A stretch of 64,000 bases of DNA from an uncultured Acidobacteriota bacterium (GTDB lineage Bacteria > Acidobacteriota > Polarisedimenticolia > J045). Position 1 is the stretch's first letter, and the number at the start of each line of letters is the position of its first letter. The stretch is taken from assembly GCA_963702545.1 (NCBI GenBank), contig CAVPDB010000002.1:17941-81940 (forward strand), given 5' to 3'. The notes under the pieces are model-generated. The model made no database searches. It was not told the origin of the DNA and was given only the letters and a program-made list of their open reading frames with translations. The translations under genes and the position numbers were made by a program. Shown piece by piece: positions 39,614-49,951 of the stretch.

Positions 39614-40129
39614 CTATTCGACGTAGACGCGGTGCGGGCCCGGGCCGGGCTTCGGCTGCTCGCCGCGGGCCAGGGCGTCGAGGATCTCGTCGGTGCGTGC
39701 GATGTCCATGTCCTCGTAGTAGTCGTCGTTGACCTGGACCACCGGCGCGGTGCCGCACGAGCCGAGGCACTCGACGGTGACCAGCGTGAACATCCCGTCC
39801 GGCGTGGTCTCGCCGACCTCGACCCCCAGCTTCCGCTTGAGGTGGGCCAGCAACGGGTCCGAGCCGCGCAGCATGCAGGAGACCGTGGTGCAGATCTGGA
39901 CCACGTGCTTTCCCGCCGGGGCGGTGCGGTACATCGTGTAGAAGGTCGTGATCCCGTGCACGAACGACGGCGTCAGGCCCAGCCGCGCCGCGATCCACAG
40001 CTCGGCGTCGAGCGGGATGTGGCCGACCTTCTCCTGCACCAGCCACAGGAGCGGCATGACCGCCCCGCGCGGCTGGGGGTACCTGGCCACCAGTTCGGCG
40101 ACCTCTCTCTCGAAGTCGGGTCCGTACAC
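39614..40129 (-). CDS. nuoE: NADH-quinone oxidoreductase subunit E
   Basis: 171 aa thioredoxin-like 2Fe-2S subunit (CTTVSCMLRG...CLGSCGTAP). Confidence 0.85.
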   Translation of the reverse strand: MYGPDFEREVAELVARYPQPRGAVMPLLWLVQEKVGHIPLDAELWIAARLGLTPSFVHGITTFYTMYRTAPAGKHVVQICTTVSCMLRGSDPLLAHLKRKLGVEVGETTPDGMFTLVTVECLGSCGTAPVVQVNDDYYEDMDIARTDEILDALARGEQPKPGPGPHRVYVE

Positions 40130-40175
40130 CTGGGTCCCTCTCAGGCGGCGGCGCGCGCGCGCGGCCGCGCCGGCG

Positions 40176-41378
40176 TCACCTGTCGACCTCGCCCATCACG
40201 GGATCGAGGCTGCCGATGATCGCGACGATGTCGGCGATCATCGCCCCGACCGCCGCCTTCTCGATCGTCTGCAGGTTCACGAAGGCGCCGGTCCGCATCC
40301 GCAGCCGGTAGGCGGCCGGGCCGCCGTCGTGCACCAGGTAGAACCCCAGCTCGCCCTTCGGCGACTCGATCGCGTGGTAGACCTCGCCTTTCGGCGCCTT
40401 GACCCCCTCGGTGATGATCATGAACTGGTAGATCAGGTCCTCCATCGAGGTCAGGACCTTGTCCTTGGGGGGCAGCACGACGCCCGGGGCGTCGGCGTGG
40501 ATCGGGCCGTCGGGGATCCGCGCCAGCGCCTGCTCGCAGATCCGCACCGACTGCCGCATCTCCTCCATCCGCACCAGGTAGCGGTCGAAGACGTCGCCGA
40601 CCGTGCCGGTCGGGATCTCGAAGTCGTAGGTCTCGTAGTCGAGGTAGGGCTGGGCCTTGCGCAGGTCCCACTCGACGCCCGAGGCGCGCAGCACCGGCCC
40701 CGTGACCGACTGCGCGATCGCGTCCTCGGCCGACAGTACGGCGATGTTCTCGGTGCGGTTGCGCCAGATCTTGTTGTTGGTCAGGAGCCCGTCCGACTCG
40801 TCGATCTTGGCGCGGCACTGCGGCAGCCACTCGCGCACCGCGTCGAGCCAGCCCGGCGGGATGTCGCGGGCCATGCCGCCGATCCGCGGGTAGCTGGTGG
40901 TCAGCCGCGCCCCGGTCAGCCACTCGAACAGGTCGTAGAGCATCTCGCGCTGCTGGTAGGTGTAGAAGAAGACCGTCCCCGCGCCGATGTCGAGCGCGTG
41001 GGTGCCCAGCCACAGCAGGTGGGCCGACAGCCGCGACAGCTCGCAGAGCAGCACGCGCAGCACGCGGGCCCGCGGCGGGACCTCGATCCCCAGCAGCTTC
41101 TCGACCGCCAGCACGTAGCCGATGTTGTTCGAGATCGGCGAGAGGTAGTCCATCCGGTCGGTCCACGTGATGAACTGGTGCAGCGTCTTGTTCTCGGCGA
41201 TCTTCTCGAAGCCGCGGTGCAGGTAGCCGAGGTCGGCGCGGCAGCTCACGACGATCTCGCCGTCCAGCTCGAGGACCAGGCGCAGCACCCCGTGCGTGGC
41301 GGGATGGCTCGGGCCCATGTTGAGCCAGATCGTCTCCCGGGGGGGATGCGGGGCGGGGCTGTGGGCCTTTTCGCTCAT
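40176..41378 (-). CDS. nuoD: NADH-quinone oxidoreductase subunit D
   Basis: 400 aa: ...LNMGPSHPATHGVLRL...; 49-kDa subunit signatures run throughout. Confidence 0.9.
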   Translation of the reverse strand: MSEKAHSPAPHPPRETIWLNMGPSHPATHGVLRLVLELDGEIVVSCRADLGYLHRGFEKIAENKTLHQFITWTDRMDYLSPISNNIGYVLAVEKLLGIEVPPRARVLRVLLCELSRLSAHLLWLGTHALDIGAGTVFFYTYQQREMLYDLFEWLTGARLTTSYPRIGGMARDIPPGWLDAVREWLPQCRAKIDESDGLLTNNKIWRNRTENIAVLSAEDAIAQSVTGPVLRASGVEWDLRKAQPYLDYETYDFEIPTGTVGDVFDRYLVRMEEMRQSVRICEQALARIPDGPIHADAPGVVLPPKDKVLTSMEDLIYQFMIITEGVKAPKGEVYHAIESPKGELGFYLVHDGGPAAYRLRMRTGAFVNLQTIEKAAVGAMIADIVAIIGSLDPVMGEVDR

Positions 41379-41415
41379 GCGGCCTTCGTGGTTGCCGCGC
41401 CTGGGGCGCGCCGGG

Positions 41416-41907
41416 TCAGTACTTGAGGGGGAAGTCCTTCCGGAGCGGCCACTCGCCGAAGTCCTCCGGCATCAGGATGCGGCGCAGGTCCGGGTGGCCG
41501 TCGAAGACCACGCCGAACATGTCGTAGCACTCGCGCTCCAGCCAGCCGGCGCCGGGCCAGAGCGGGACGACGCTCGGGACCTTCGGCTCGGGGCCGGTGC
41601 TGGCCTTGACCCTCAGCCGGACGTTGCGCGGCATCGAGTAGAGGTGCCAGACGATCTCGAACGGCTGCGGCCGCGCCGGCCAGTGCACGGCCGTGACGTC
41701 GGTCAGCATGTCGAAGCGGGTCTCCGGCGCGTCGCGCAGGAAGGCCATCACGTCCTCGACCGCGTCGAGCGCGATCACGATCGTCGTCTCGCCGCGGAAG
41801 TCGGCGGAATCGAGCACCGCGCCCGGGAACTCGGCCTTCAGGCGCGCGACGGTGTCGGGACCGTCCCAGCGGCCGTACACGCGGGGCTCCCCGGCTCCGG
41901 CGCCCAT
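41416..41907 (-). CDS. nuoC: NADH-quinone oxidoreductase subunit C
   Basis: 163 aa 30-kDa subunit (...FEIVWHLYSM...ERECYDMFGVVFDGHPDLRRIL...). Its start immediately follows the nuoA stop, so no nuoB lies between them. Confidence 0.85.
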   Translation of the reverse strand: MGAGAGEPRVYGRWDGPDTVARLKAEFPGAVLDSADFRGETTIVIALDAVEDVMAFLRDAPETRFDMLTDVTAVHWPARPQPFEIVWHLYSMPRNVRLRVKASTGPEPKVPSVVPLWPGAGWLERECYDMFGVVFDGHPDLRRILMPEDFGEWPLRKDFPLKY

Positions 41908-41908
41908 C

Positions 41909-42289
41909 TCAGCGGTCCCAGTCCAGGGCGCCGCGGCCCCAGGCGTAGGCGAACCCGGCGAACAGGATCGCGATGAAGACCAGCATCTCGACCAGCACGA
42001 ACCAGGCGCCCGCCGTCCCGACCTGGTTCTTCAGCTCGACCGCCCAGGGGTAGAGAAACACCGCCTCGATGTCGAACAGGATGAAGAGCATCGCGATCAG
42101 GTAGAACTTGACCGTGAAGGGGTGGCGGGCCGACTCGAACAGCCGGCTGCCGCATTCGTACGGCGTCGCGTCGGTCGTGCGGATCCGGGGCCGCCCGGCC
42201 ACCGCCGAGAGCAGGATGATCGCCCCCGGGATCACGATCGCGAGGCAGAGCAGGACGAGCAGCGTGAAGGTGTTGTAGGTCAGCACCAT
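41909..42289 (-). CDS. nuoA: NADH-quinone oxidoreductase subunit A
   Basis: 126 aa: MVLTYNTFTLLVLLCLAI...PYECG...KFYLIAMLFILFDIEAVFLYPWAV... Confidence 0.85.
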   Translation of the reverse strand: MVLTYNTFTLLVLLCLAIVIPGAIILLSAVAGRPRIRTTDATPYECGSRLFESARHPFTVKFYLIAMLFILFDIEAVFLYPWAVELKNQVGTAGAWFVLVEMLVFIAILFAGFAYAWGRGALDWDR

Positions 42290-42355
42290 GAGGCGAAGGT
42301 TCCTTGAGGGTTGGCAAAGCGCCCAAAATCCACGCTGACAAGGCTTTGGATGCTA

Positions 42356-43000
42356 TCAACCCGCGGCGGGGGGTGTCAATTCGCGAAACGCCGCGGAATG
42401 CGCGGAAAAGAGCGCATCGGCCCACGTTTCGAGTTCGCGCACGCGGGCCGCGATGCGGGCCGTGAAGACGCTGTAGGCCACCAGCGCAGGCGCGGCGACG
42501 GCGAGTCCGGTGAAGGTCGCGAAGAGCGCGCGCCGGATCAGCGTGCCGAGCAGTTCGGGCTTGTCGAGACCGGTGGCCGAGAGCAGCGAAAACGCGTCGA
42601 GCATGGCCGCGATGGCGCCGAAGTAACCTAGGAGCGCCGCGAGATTAGCGACGAGCGCGAGCAGCCAGACCCCGCGCTCGAGCCGGCCGATCTCGCACCC
42701 CGCGGCCGACTCGAGGCCGGCGTAGAGGCGGTCCTCGCCGGCCCCCCAGGCCGCCCCGGCGGCGTCGGTCAGGGCGGCGGGGCCGGGGCCCGCATCCCGG
42801 CCGCGGGAGCGGGCGGCCTCGATTTGACCACCGTTCAAGAGCCCGGCGACCGCGCGTGCCTGGGTCCGGGCGTTCGCTTCAGCCGGCGGGCGCCGGCCGG
42901 ACAGCAGGATGCGTGCCCGCTCCAGCGAAACAAGGACGGCGACGGCCGCGAGGACCGCGATCCCCGCCAGGAAGGCGCCGATCCAGCCGCCGAAGGGCAT
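42356..43000 (-). CDS. MotA/TolQ/ExbB-family proton-channel protein (no ExbD/TolR partner adjacent)
   Basis: 214 aa with the TM topology and conserved C-terminal region of ExbB/TolQ (...GLLNGGQIEAARS...LERGVWLLALVANLAALLGYFGAIAAMLDAFSLL...). Confidence 0.65.
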   Translation of the reverse strand: MPFGGWIGAFLAGIAVLAAVAVLVSLERARILLSGRRPPAEANARTQARAVAGLLNGGQIEAARSRGRDAGPGPAALTDAAGAAWGAGEDRLYAGLESAAGCEIGRLERGVWLLALVANLAALLGYFGAIAAMLDAFSLLSATGLDKPELLGTLIRRALFATFTGLAVAAPALVAYSVFTARIAARVRELETWADALFSAHSAAFRELTPPAAG

Positions 43001-43040
43001 CGCCTGCGGCTCCCCGGCGCGCCCCGCCCGCCCGCTCGAC

Positions 43041-44723
43041 CTAGCGCGTGCTCGCCGTCCCCGCCATCGCCTGCTCCAGCGTGATCCCGCGCTGTTCGAG
43101 CAGGGTCCCCGTGACGCGGGCGAGGTTCGAGACGCTCTTGTTGTAGTCGATCACGGCCAGGTTCTCGCGGGTCTCGGCGTCGCGCAGGTCCTCCTGGGTC
43201 TGGACCACCCTGAACGCGATCGACAGGCCGTTCTCGTAGCGCTTCTGCTCGGCCTCGACCTTCTTCTTCTGCAGCGCCACGTTGGACCGCGCGGCCGCGA
43301 TCCGTTCCGAGGCGGTCTCGATGTCGCGCACCGCCTGCCGGACCTCGACCCGGATCCGCTCCCGCTCGGCCTCGATGCTCAGCTGCTGCTGGTCGAGCGC
43401 GATCTTCGTGCGCGCGTACTGCGACCTGGCCGCGCGGTTGCCGATCGGGACGCTGAGGAAGACGCCGACGCGCCAGGCATTGTTGTCGGTGGTCGCGATC
43501 TCCTGGAACACGTCGCCGCGCGCCTCTTCCTCGAACTGGGAGAAGTCGACCGTCTCCGAGATGCTGAAGGGCTGGCCGCAGAGCGCGAAGGGGTTGTTCG
43601 GGTCGTTGTTGCAGAGGTACTGCGTGAAACCCTCGTTGGTGATCGTCGTACTGCGATCGACGTAGCTGTAGTTGTTGCCGAAGGTCCCGTAGGAGAACTG
43701 TGCCGACAGGCCAGGCTTCAGCTGGTTGTCGCGGTAACGCTCCTCGAGCTCCAGGTTCTGCTTCAGCAGCTCGGCGGCGGCCAGCTCCGGTCGCTTCTTC
43801 ATCGCGGTATCGATCAGTGCGTCGACGTCGAACGACGGCTTCTCGAAGGCCAGCAGGTCGGTCGGGATGATCGGGCGGCTCCAGACGGGCGAGCCCTCGG
43901 GGACGTTGATCAGCCGCCGCAGCTGGTCCTCGAAGGTGCCGACGAGGCCGGTGCTCGTGATCACCGACTCCTGGCGCGCGGCCACCTCGGCCTCGGCCGT
44001 CGTGACCTCGATCGGCGCCACGGTCCCGACCTCGACCTTGATCTTGGTCTGGCGCAGGAGGTCCTCGGCCAGTGCCAGCGAGGTCGTCGCGACCTCGACC
44101 TGGCGGCGCGCGCCGACCAGGTTCCAGTAGGACTGCTCGACCAGGTTCACCGTCGTCAAGAGGCCCGTCACCAGCTGCTGCTCGCTGATCGCGAGGTTGT
44201 TCGTGGCCTGGTTGATCGCGGTGCGGTTGATCGCGAGGCCGAAGTTGCGCAGCAGCGGCTGGTCGTACGTGAAGACCACCGAGCCCTGGAAATTGTCCGG
44301 CACCAGCCCGAACCGGGAGATCGCGATCGGGCGGTAGGTCGCGCTGTCCTCGTTGTAGTTGAAGGCCAGCGAGTAGTTGCCGCCCCACGAGAGCGGGTTG
44401 AGCCACTCCGCCCCGACGTCCCAACTTTCGCTCGAGAGCGGCGAGAAGTCGCTGGAGGGCTCCTGCTTCCGATAGTTGTAGCCGGCCGTCGCGTTGAAGC
44501 TTGGGTCGAACGCCGACTCGGCCAGCGTGATCGTCTGCTCGACCTGCGGCGGGTCGAGTCGCTCCACCTTCAGGTCGAGGTTGCGCTCGATCGCCTGCGC
44601 GACCGCCTCGCCCAGCGAGAGCCGAAGAGGCTCCGGCCCGGCCTGCTGGGCCACGGCGGCCGGGGTGAGCGCGGCGAGGATGCCGGTGACGAGCAGCGTG
44701 AGGACGGTCTTCGGGACGTTCAT
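43041..44723 (-). CDS. TolC-family outer-membrane efflux protein
   Basis: Internal start MNVPKTVLTLLVTGILAALTPAAVAQ (ATG 44723) of ORF 43041..44819(-). It has a signal peptide and two OEP repeats with the typical ...ERNLDL... and coiled-coil/beta-strand pattern. Confidence 0.75.
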   Translation of the reverse strand: MNVPKTVLTLLVTGILAALTPAAVAQQAGPEPLRLSLGEAVAQAIERNLDLKVERLDPPQVEQTITLAESAFDPSFNATAGYNYRKQEPSSDFSPLSSESWDVGAEWLNPLSWGGNYSLAFNYNEDSATYRPIAISRFGLVPDNFQGSVVFTYDQPLLRNFGLAINRTAINQATNNLAISEQQLVTGLLTTVNLVEQSYWNLVGARRQVEVATTSLALAEDLLRQTKIKVEVGTVAPIEVTTAEAEVAARQESVITSTGLVGTFEDQLRRLINVPEGSPVWSRPIIPTDLLAFEKPSFDVDALIDTAMKKRPELAAAELLKQNLELEERYRDNQLKPGLSAQFSYGTFGNNYSYVDRSTTITNEGFTQYLCNNDPNNPFALCGQPFSISETVDFSQFEEEARGDVFQEIATTDNNAWRVGVFLSVPIGNRAARSQYARTKIALDQQQLSIEAERERIRVEVRQAVRDIETASERIAAARSNVALQKKKVEAEQKRYENGLSIAFRVVQTQEDLRDAETRENLAVIDYNKSVSNLARVTGTLLEQRGITLEQAMAGTASTR

Positions 44724-44742
44724 GGGACGGTCTCTCCTGGGA

Positions 44743-45843
44743 TCAGGGGCTGGCCGGTTCCGGGCCACGGGTCGAGCGCCCCGTGCTCCCGGGTCCGGAT
44801 GTCGGAGACGATGACGCATCGCGGAGGAAAAGGGTTGCCCCGCCGAGCAACTCTTCCGACCGGTGGCAGGCCGCGCGATGTCCAGCGGTCAGCTCGCGGA
44901 GGACGGGCGCTTCGGTCCGGCAGCGGTCGGTCGCGATCGGGCAGCGGGGGTGGAAACGGCAGCCCGGCGGGAGGTCCGAGGGGGAGGGGACCTCGCCCGG
45001 GATCGGCATCCGGATCCGGCGCGCGACCTCGGGGTCCGGGGGCGGCGACGACGCGAACAGGGCCTGGGTGTAGGGGTGGAGCGGGCGGGCGGCCAGCGCC
45101 GCGGCCGGCCCCTCCTCGACGATCCGCCCCAGGTACATTACGGCGATCCGGTCGCAGAGGTGGGCCACCAGCGCCAGGTCGTGGGCGATGAACAGGTAGG
45201 CCATCCCGTGCCGGCGCTGCAGTTCCACCAGCAGGTTGACGATCTGGGCCTGGACCGAGACGTCGAGCGCCGAGACCGGCTCGTCGCAGACCAGGAAGTC
45301 CGGGCGCAGGGCCAGCGCCCGGGCGATCCCGATCCGCTGCTTCTGCCCGCCCGAGAACTCGTGCGGCCAGCGGTGCATCGCGTCCCGCTCGAGGCCGACC
45401 TCGGCCAGGAGCGCCGCGACCCGCGCCTCGAGCTCCCGGCCGCGCGCGACGCCGTGGATCACCAGCGGCTCGCCGACCAGGCTCTTCACCCGCATCCGCG
45501 GGTTGAGCGCCGCCCCGGGATCCTGGAAGACGATCTGCATCCGGCGCCGCAGCCGGCGCAGGTCGCGCGAGCCGAGGGCCCGGACGTCGATCCCGTCGAA
45601 GCGGATCGATCCGTCGTCGGGCTCGGTCAGCCGCAGGATCGTCCGGCCCAGGGTCGTCTTGCCGGAGCCCGACTCGCCGACCAGCCCGACGATCTCGCCG
45701 CGGCCGACCGACAGGTCGACCCCGTCGATCGCGCGGATCTCCGGTCCGCCGCCGCCGAACAGCCCGCCGCCGCCGCCGAAGCGCTTCACCAGGCCGCGGA
45801 CCTCCAGGAGCGGCCCGCCGATCGCCGCGCCGGGCGCGGTCAT
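44743..45843 (-). CDS. ABC transporter ATP-binding protein, OppF/DppF type (oligopeptide C-terminal domain present)
   Basis: The start MTAPGAAIGGPLLEVRGL (ATG 45843) overlaps the upstream stop as ATGA. It has Walker A GESGSGKTT, signature LSGGQKQR and Walker B, plus the Oppx_C region (PLHPYTQALF...PPGCRFHPRCP). Confidence 0.8.
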   Translation of the reverse strand: MTAPGAAIGGPLLEVRGLVKRFGGGGGLFGGGGPEIRAIDGVDLSVGRGEIVGLVGESGSGKTTLGRTILRLTEPDDGSIRFDGIDVRALGSRDLRRLRRRMQIVFQDPGAALNPRMRVKSLVGEPLVIHGVARGRELEARVAALLAEVGLERDAMHRWPHEFSGGQKQRIGIARALALRPDFLVCDEPVSALDVSVQAQIVNLLVELQRRHGMAYLFIAHDLALVAHLCDRIAVMYLGRIVEEGPAAALAARPLHPYTQALFASSPPPDPEVARRIRMPIPGEVPSPSDLPPGCRFHPRCPIATDRCRTEAPVLRELTAGHRAACHRSEELLGGATLFLRDASSSPTSGPGSTGRSTRGPEPASP

Positions 45844-46835
45844 GACCCGGCCCCCGCGGCCTGCGCGACCGGGCAGGCGACCCGCCGGCCGGGCCCGTCG
45901 GGGGCGAGCGGCGGCACCGCGGCGCGGCACGCGTCCTGCGCCACGGGGCAGCGCGGGTGGAAGGCGCAGCCCGGCGGGAGGTGGGCGAGGTCGGGGACGG
46001 TCCCCGGGATCGATGGCAGGAGTCCGCGTTCCAGGTCGACCCGCGGGACGCTGGCCAGGAGGCCCCGCGTGTAGGGGTGGCGAGGGTCGTCGAACAGGGC
46101 CTGGACGGGGGCCTCCTCGACGATCCGACCCGCATACATCACCAGGACCCGGTCGGCGAGCGCCGCGACGGCCCCCATGTCGTGGGTGATCAGGAGGATC
46201 GATAGCCCCCGTTCGTCGCGCAACGAGCGCAGCAGGTCGAGGATCCCGAGCTTCAGCGTCGGATCGACCGCGGTCGTGGGCTCATCGGCGACCAGCAGCT
46301 TCGGGCGTGCCGAGAGCGCCATCGCGACCAGCGCGCGCTGCTTCATCCCGCCCGAGTACTGGTGAGCGTACTCGCGCGCCCGCTGCGCCGGGTCGGGGAT
46401 GCCGACGCGGCCCAGCAGGTCGACCGCCTCGGCCCAGGCCTCCCGTTTCGGCACCGCCCGGTGGGCGCGGATCACGTCGACGATCTGCGAGCCGATGCTG
46501 AGCACGGGGTTGAGCGCGGCACCCGGCTCCTGCGGGACCCAGGCCAGTCCGGCCCCGCGGAACCGCCGGATCGCGTCCTCGGGGAGCGGGAGCAGGTCGG
46601 TCCCCTCGAAGACCACCCGGCCCGAGACGATCCGGCCGGGGGGCGGAACCAGGCGGAAGAGGGCCAGCGCGGTGGCCGACTTGCCGCAGCCCGACTCGCC
46701 GACCAGCGCGACCGTCTCGCCCGTTCCGAGCGCGAACGAAACCCCGCTCGCGGCGCGGACGGTACCCCCGTTCCGGGGGAACTCGACGCCCAGGTCCTCG
46801 ACCGAAAGCAGCACGCCCCGCATCGCCGCGAACAT
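45840..46835 (-). CDS. ABC transporter ATP-binding protein, OppD/DppD type
   Basis: 331 aa with GESGCGKSAT, YSGGMKQR and RHPYTRGLLASVP...PPGCAFHPRCP. No permease or substrate-binding gene is adjacent. Confidence 0.8.
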   Translation of the reverse strand: MFAAMRGVLLSVEDLGVEFPRNGGTVRAASGVSFALGTGETVALVGESGCGKSATALALFRLVPPPGRIVSGRVVFEGTDLLPLPEDAIRRFRGAGLAWVPQEPGAALNPVLSIGSQIVDVIRAHRAVPKREAWAEAVDLLGRVGIPDPAQRAREYAHQYSGGMKQRALVAMALSARPKLLVADEPTTAVDPTLKLGILDLLRSLRDERGLSILLITHDMGAVAALADRVLVMYAGRIVEEAPVQALFDDPRHPYTRGLLASVPRVDLERGLLPSIPGTVPDLAHLPPGCAFHPRCPVAQDACRAAVPPLAPDGPGRRVACPVAQAAGAGS

Positions 46836-47053
46836 AGCACCGAGCGCGCGCCGCGCGCGTCAATAGACCGACACCGGGCCCGGGCGGGCGGCGGCGAACC
46901 GTCGTCCACCGGGCCGCCGCGGCCCCGGGACCGCCGGTCCGAGGGCCGCGCGCTGAGCACGGAGATTGCATCTTCCGGCCCTGGAGCTCTGTCTCCGCGT
47001 CGTCCGGCCCGCGGGCCGGCGGCGGGGCGGTTCCGCACGAGAGGGGAGGCTTC

Positions 47054-48508
47054 GTGAGACTGCTGGCGATCGTTCCCGACCCGGCATCGGCCTACGGCCT
47101 GGGGGCCCTGCTTGGGGCGCTTCCGCCGGGGACGACGCGCGTCGTGGCCTACGGCCAGGCGACCGCCGCGGTCCTGCCGCCGGGGCTCGACGTCTTCGTC
47201 TACCCGGTCCGGGACGGAACGCGGCTCCCGGCCCCGTTCGTCGAGGCTCTGCTCGAGCACGAAGGGGCCGACGTCCTGCTCGCCCCGACCGGAAGCGTGA
47301 CCTCCACGCCGGTCCCGACCCTGCTGGTCGATCTCGACCCGCGGATCGCCCCCCCCGCGCTGGTCAGCGGCGAGGACCCGGCCTCCTGGACCTGGGTCGA
47401 GGGGATCACCGCTCTGCCCGAGCGCCGCCCGGCGCTGCTGCGGGCGGGGCTGTTCAGCGTCGACGTCCTGGCCGACTGGTTCGAGGGGCCGGGGCGGCTG
47501 CGGGCCGGCGCGGCCCCCGCCCTGCTGGCCCGGATGACCGATCTGGCCGGGCTGCTGGGGCGGCGCCGTGAGAGCGACCGGCGAGGGGGCTCGCCGCCCC
47601 CCGCCCGCTCCCGCGCGGCGGTGGAGGTGGGGGACCTCGAGGGGCCCGGCGTTTCTTTCGGGGAGCCCCAGGCCACAAGAACCGATTTGCCCGCGGGCAA
47701 ATTTGTTTTGACCGCGTCCAGACTCGTTCCGATCGAGGTTCGGTCGGCCGACGGCCCGGCGGCGGGCGGGGTGCCGGCCAGGACGGCGGAACTGGCGGGT
47801 GGCGCAGCGGCCACCTCGGCGGGCGCAGCGCTGGCGCTGCTCTCCGAACCGGCGGCAGCGGCTCCGGCCCCCGTGCCGGCGGCGGCCGCTCCGGCGGTCC
47901 CCGAGCCGGCGGCGCTCTCTCCGGCCCCCGCGCCGGCGGCGGCCCCGGCCGCGTCCCAGGCCGCCGAGGCGTTCCGCGGCCGCCACACGGGCGCCCGGGC
48001 GCTGATCCTGATCTCCCCCCTGGGGCTGGAGCGGCTGTCTCCCTCCGCGTGGGAGGGCGCCGTTCTGCTGGCCACTCCCGGGACGCTTCCCCGCCTGGCG
48101 GGGTGGGACGGCCCGGCGCCGTACGTCTGCCTCGCCGCCCCGCCGCGCGAGCCCGAGGCGCTGGCCTCGCTGGCCGCGGCCCGCGGCGTGGTCGTGTGCG
48201 ACGACCGCCTCGACGCGGCCGAACTCGCGCCGGCGGCGGCCGCGACAGTGCCGCTGCTCGACCTGCACCGCGCCGGAGGACCGGCGCTCGGCTGGTCGGA
48301 CGACCTGAAGGTCGGGTTCTTCCCCGCGGGGGGCGACGCCGCGCTCGCGCTGCAGTGGGCGCACTGGCTCGGGGTCGCCGAGGTCGTCCTGGCGGGGGCC
48401 GACGCGGTCGAGGCGGGGCCCGGCTGGCTGCCCTTCCTGCGCGGCGCGCGCGAACTGCTCGAGGCCCGCGGCGTGACCGTGACGGTCGTCGACCCGGTGG
48501 GGCGGTGA
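47054..48508 (+). CDS. Hypothetical protein with Ala/Pro-rich central linker
   Basis: 484-aa ORF with a GTG start preceded by a GAGAGGGGAGG SD. The N- and C-terminal regions look globular, separated by a low-complexity AAPAPVPAAAAPAVPEPAALSPAPAPAAAPAA segment. Its stop overlaps the next gene's start as GTGA. Confidence 0.5.
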   Translation: MRLLAIVPDPASAYGLGALLGALPPGTTRVVAYGQATAAVLPPGLDVFVYPVRDGTRLPAPFVEALLEHEGADVLLAPTGSVTSTPVPTLLVDLDPRIAPPALVSGEDPASWTWVEGITALPERRPALLRAGLFSVDVLADWFEGPGRLRAGAAPALLARMTDLAGLLGRRRESDRRGGSPPPARSRAAVEVGDLEGPGVSFGEPQATRTDLPAGKFVLTASRLVPIEVRSADGPAAGGVPARTAELAGGAAATSAGAALALLSEPAAAAPAPVPAAAAPAVPEPAALSPAPAPAAAPAASQAAEAFRGRHTGARALILISPLGLERLSPSAWEGAVLLATPGTLPRLAGWDGPAPYVCLAAPPREPEALASLAAARGVVVCDDRLDAAELAPAAAATVPLLDLHRAGGPALGWSDDLKVGFFPAGGDAALALQWAHWLGVAEVVLAGADAVEAGPGWLPFLRGARELLEARGVTVTVVDPVGR

Positions 48509-49951
48509 TCCTCGAGCGCGAGGCCGGCACGCTCGTCGTCCTGACGGGTGAGCTGGACGACGGCACGCACACGGCACTGCGCCGCGCTCAGGCGCTGGTG
48601 TGCCGCTGGCCCGGTCCGGTCGCGGTCGTCGCGCTGGCCGGGCGAGTCGATCCGCAGGACGTCGCGGAGCTGTCGCGCCGCGCCCAGGTGATCGAAGCCG
48701 GGCGCGTGCTGGGCAGCTCGTTCGCGCACGGCGCGCCGGCGGGGGCCGCAGCGGCCGTAGCGGCCGTGGCGGCCGCGGCGGCGCTGCTGCGGCTGGCGAC
48801 CGGCGGCTCGCCGCTGGCGCGGATCTACGCGCGGCTGGGGCCGCAGGAGTGGCCGCTGCTGCAGGCCTTCGCCGATGTCGCCGCCGGCGTGCCGGTCGAC
48901 CTGGAGCTCGGGCCGGAGGCCGGCGTGCCGGAGATCGCACCGCTGTGGACCGCGGCCGACGCGCTGGTGGTGGCCGACATGGACCGCCGCTACCCGCTCT
49001 CCGCCGGCTCGCCCGCGCTGCCGGTGCGCGTGGTGCCGGACGGCGACGGCGAGGAGGCGCTCGGCGCGCTGGCCGAGCTGCCGATCTTCGGCGGTGACGA
49101 GCGCGTCTCCGTGGTCGTCCCGGTCCGCGGGAACGCCGCGCTCGCGGTGCGGCTGGCCGGCAGCGTGATCGAGCACACGGCGGGCCTGCTCGAGGTGATC
49201 CTGGTCGACGACGCCTCGCCCGCCCGCTCGCTGGCGCTGCTGGAGCGGCTGGCGATCGAGGACATCCGGGTGCGGCTGCTGGTCAACCGCGCACCGCATG
49301 GCCTGGCGGCCAGCGCCAACCGTGGCCTGGCGGCGGCGCGCGGCGACCTGGTCGCGCTGCTCGACGCCGGCGCCGTCGTCACGCCCGACTGGTCGGCCCG
49401 CCTCGCGGCGCACCGCGGCCAGCCGCGCTGCGGCGCGATCGGTCCGCTGTTCAATCGCGCGGCCTGGCCGCAGCAGCTCGCGGGCGTGACCTACGACGAG
49501 ACGACGCTCACCGGGCTCGCGCCGTTCGCCGAGGCGCTGTCGCGCGGGCGAAGCGGGCAGGCGACGCCGTGCACTCGGCTCTCCGGGCGCTGCCTTCTGA
49601 TCCCGCGCCCGGCGCTGCGCCGCATCGGCGGGCTCGACCCGCGCTTCTTCCCGGCCAGCTTCGAGGACGACGACTGGTCCGCGCGGCTGCATTCGGCCGG
49701 GCTGGCGGCATACCGCGCGGACGACGTCTTCGTCCACCACGACAGCGAGGCGGGTTTCGGGCTGGAGCCGGACGCGCGGGCCGAGGCGGCCGCGACCGGC
49801 TGGCGCCGCTTCAAGGACAAGTGGGGGCTTCCGCCGGAGCGCGACGCGCGCGACGGCTGGCAGCCGTCCGAGGTCTCCGGTGTCTACGACCGGGCGCGCC
49901 ACTTCATCGCGCCGTGGCTGGCGCTGGAACCGGTGGGGAGCGGACGGGCTA
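48505..49951 (+). CDS. Glycosyltransferase family 2 protein with about 190-aa N-terminal extension (3' end uncertain)
   Basis: Frame of ORF 48049..50469, starting at GTG 48505 (VILEREAGTLVVL...). The GT2 core is RVSVVVPVRGN...LEVILVDDASP...DLVALLDAG...FEDDDWSARL. Past about 49950 the frame is antisense to the convergent membrane gene, so the real stop is unclear. Confidence 0.6.

Noticed and set aside
40141-41166. 341-aa minus-strand ORF overlapping nuoD in another frame
   Set aside because: It is an out-of-frame shadow of the highly conserved NuoD reading frame.
46472-48940. 822-aa minus-strand ORF overlapping the Ala/Pro-linker hypothetical gene
   Set aside because: Arg/Pro/Gly-rich nonsense translation with no domain-like segments. 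The plus-strand ORF 47054..48508 has a GTG start with a strong SD and is coupled to the GT2 gene, so the plus strand was preferred.
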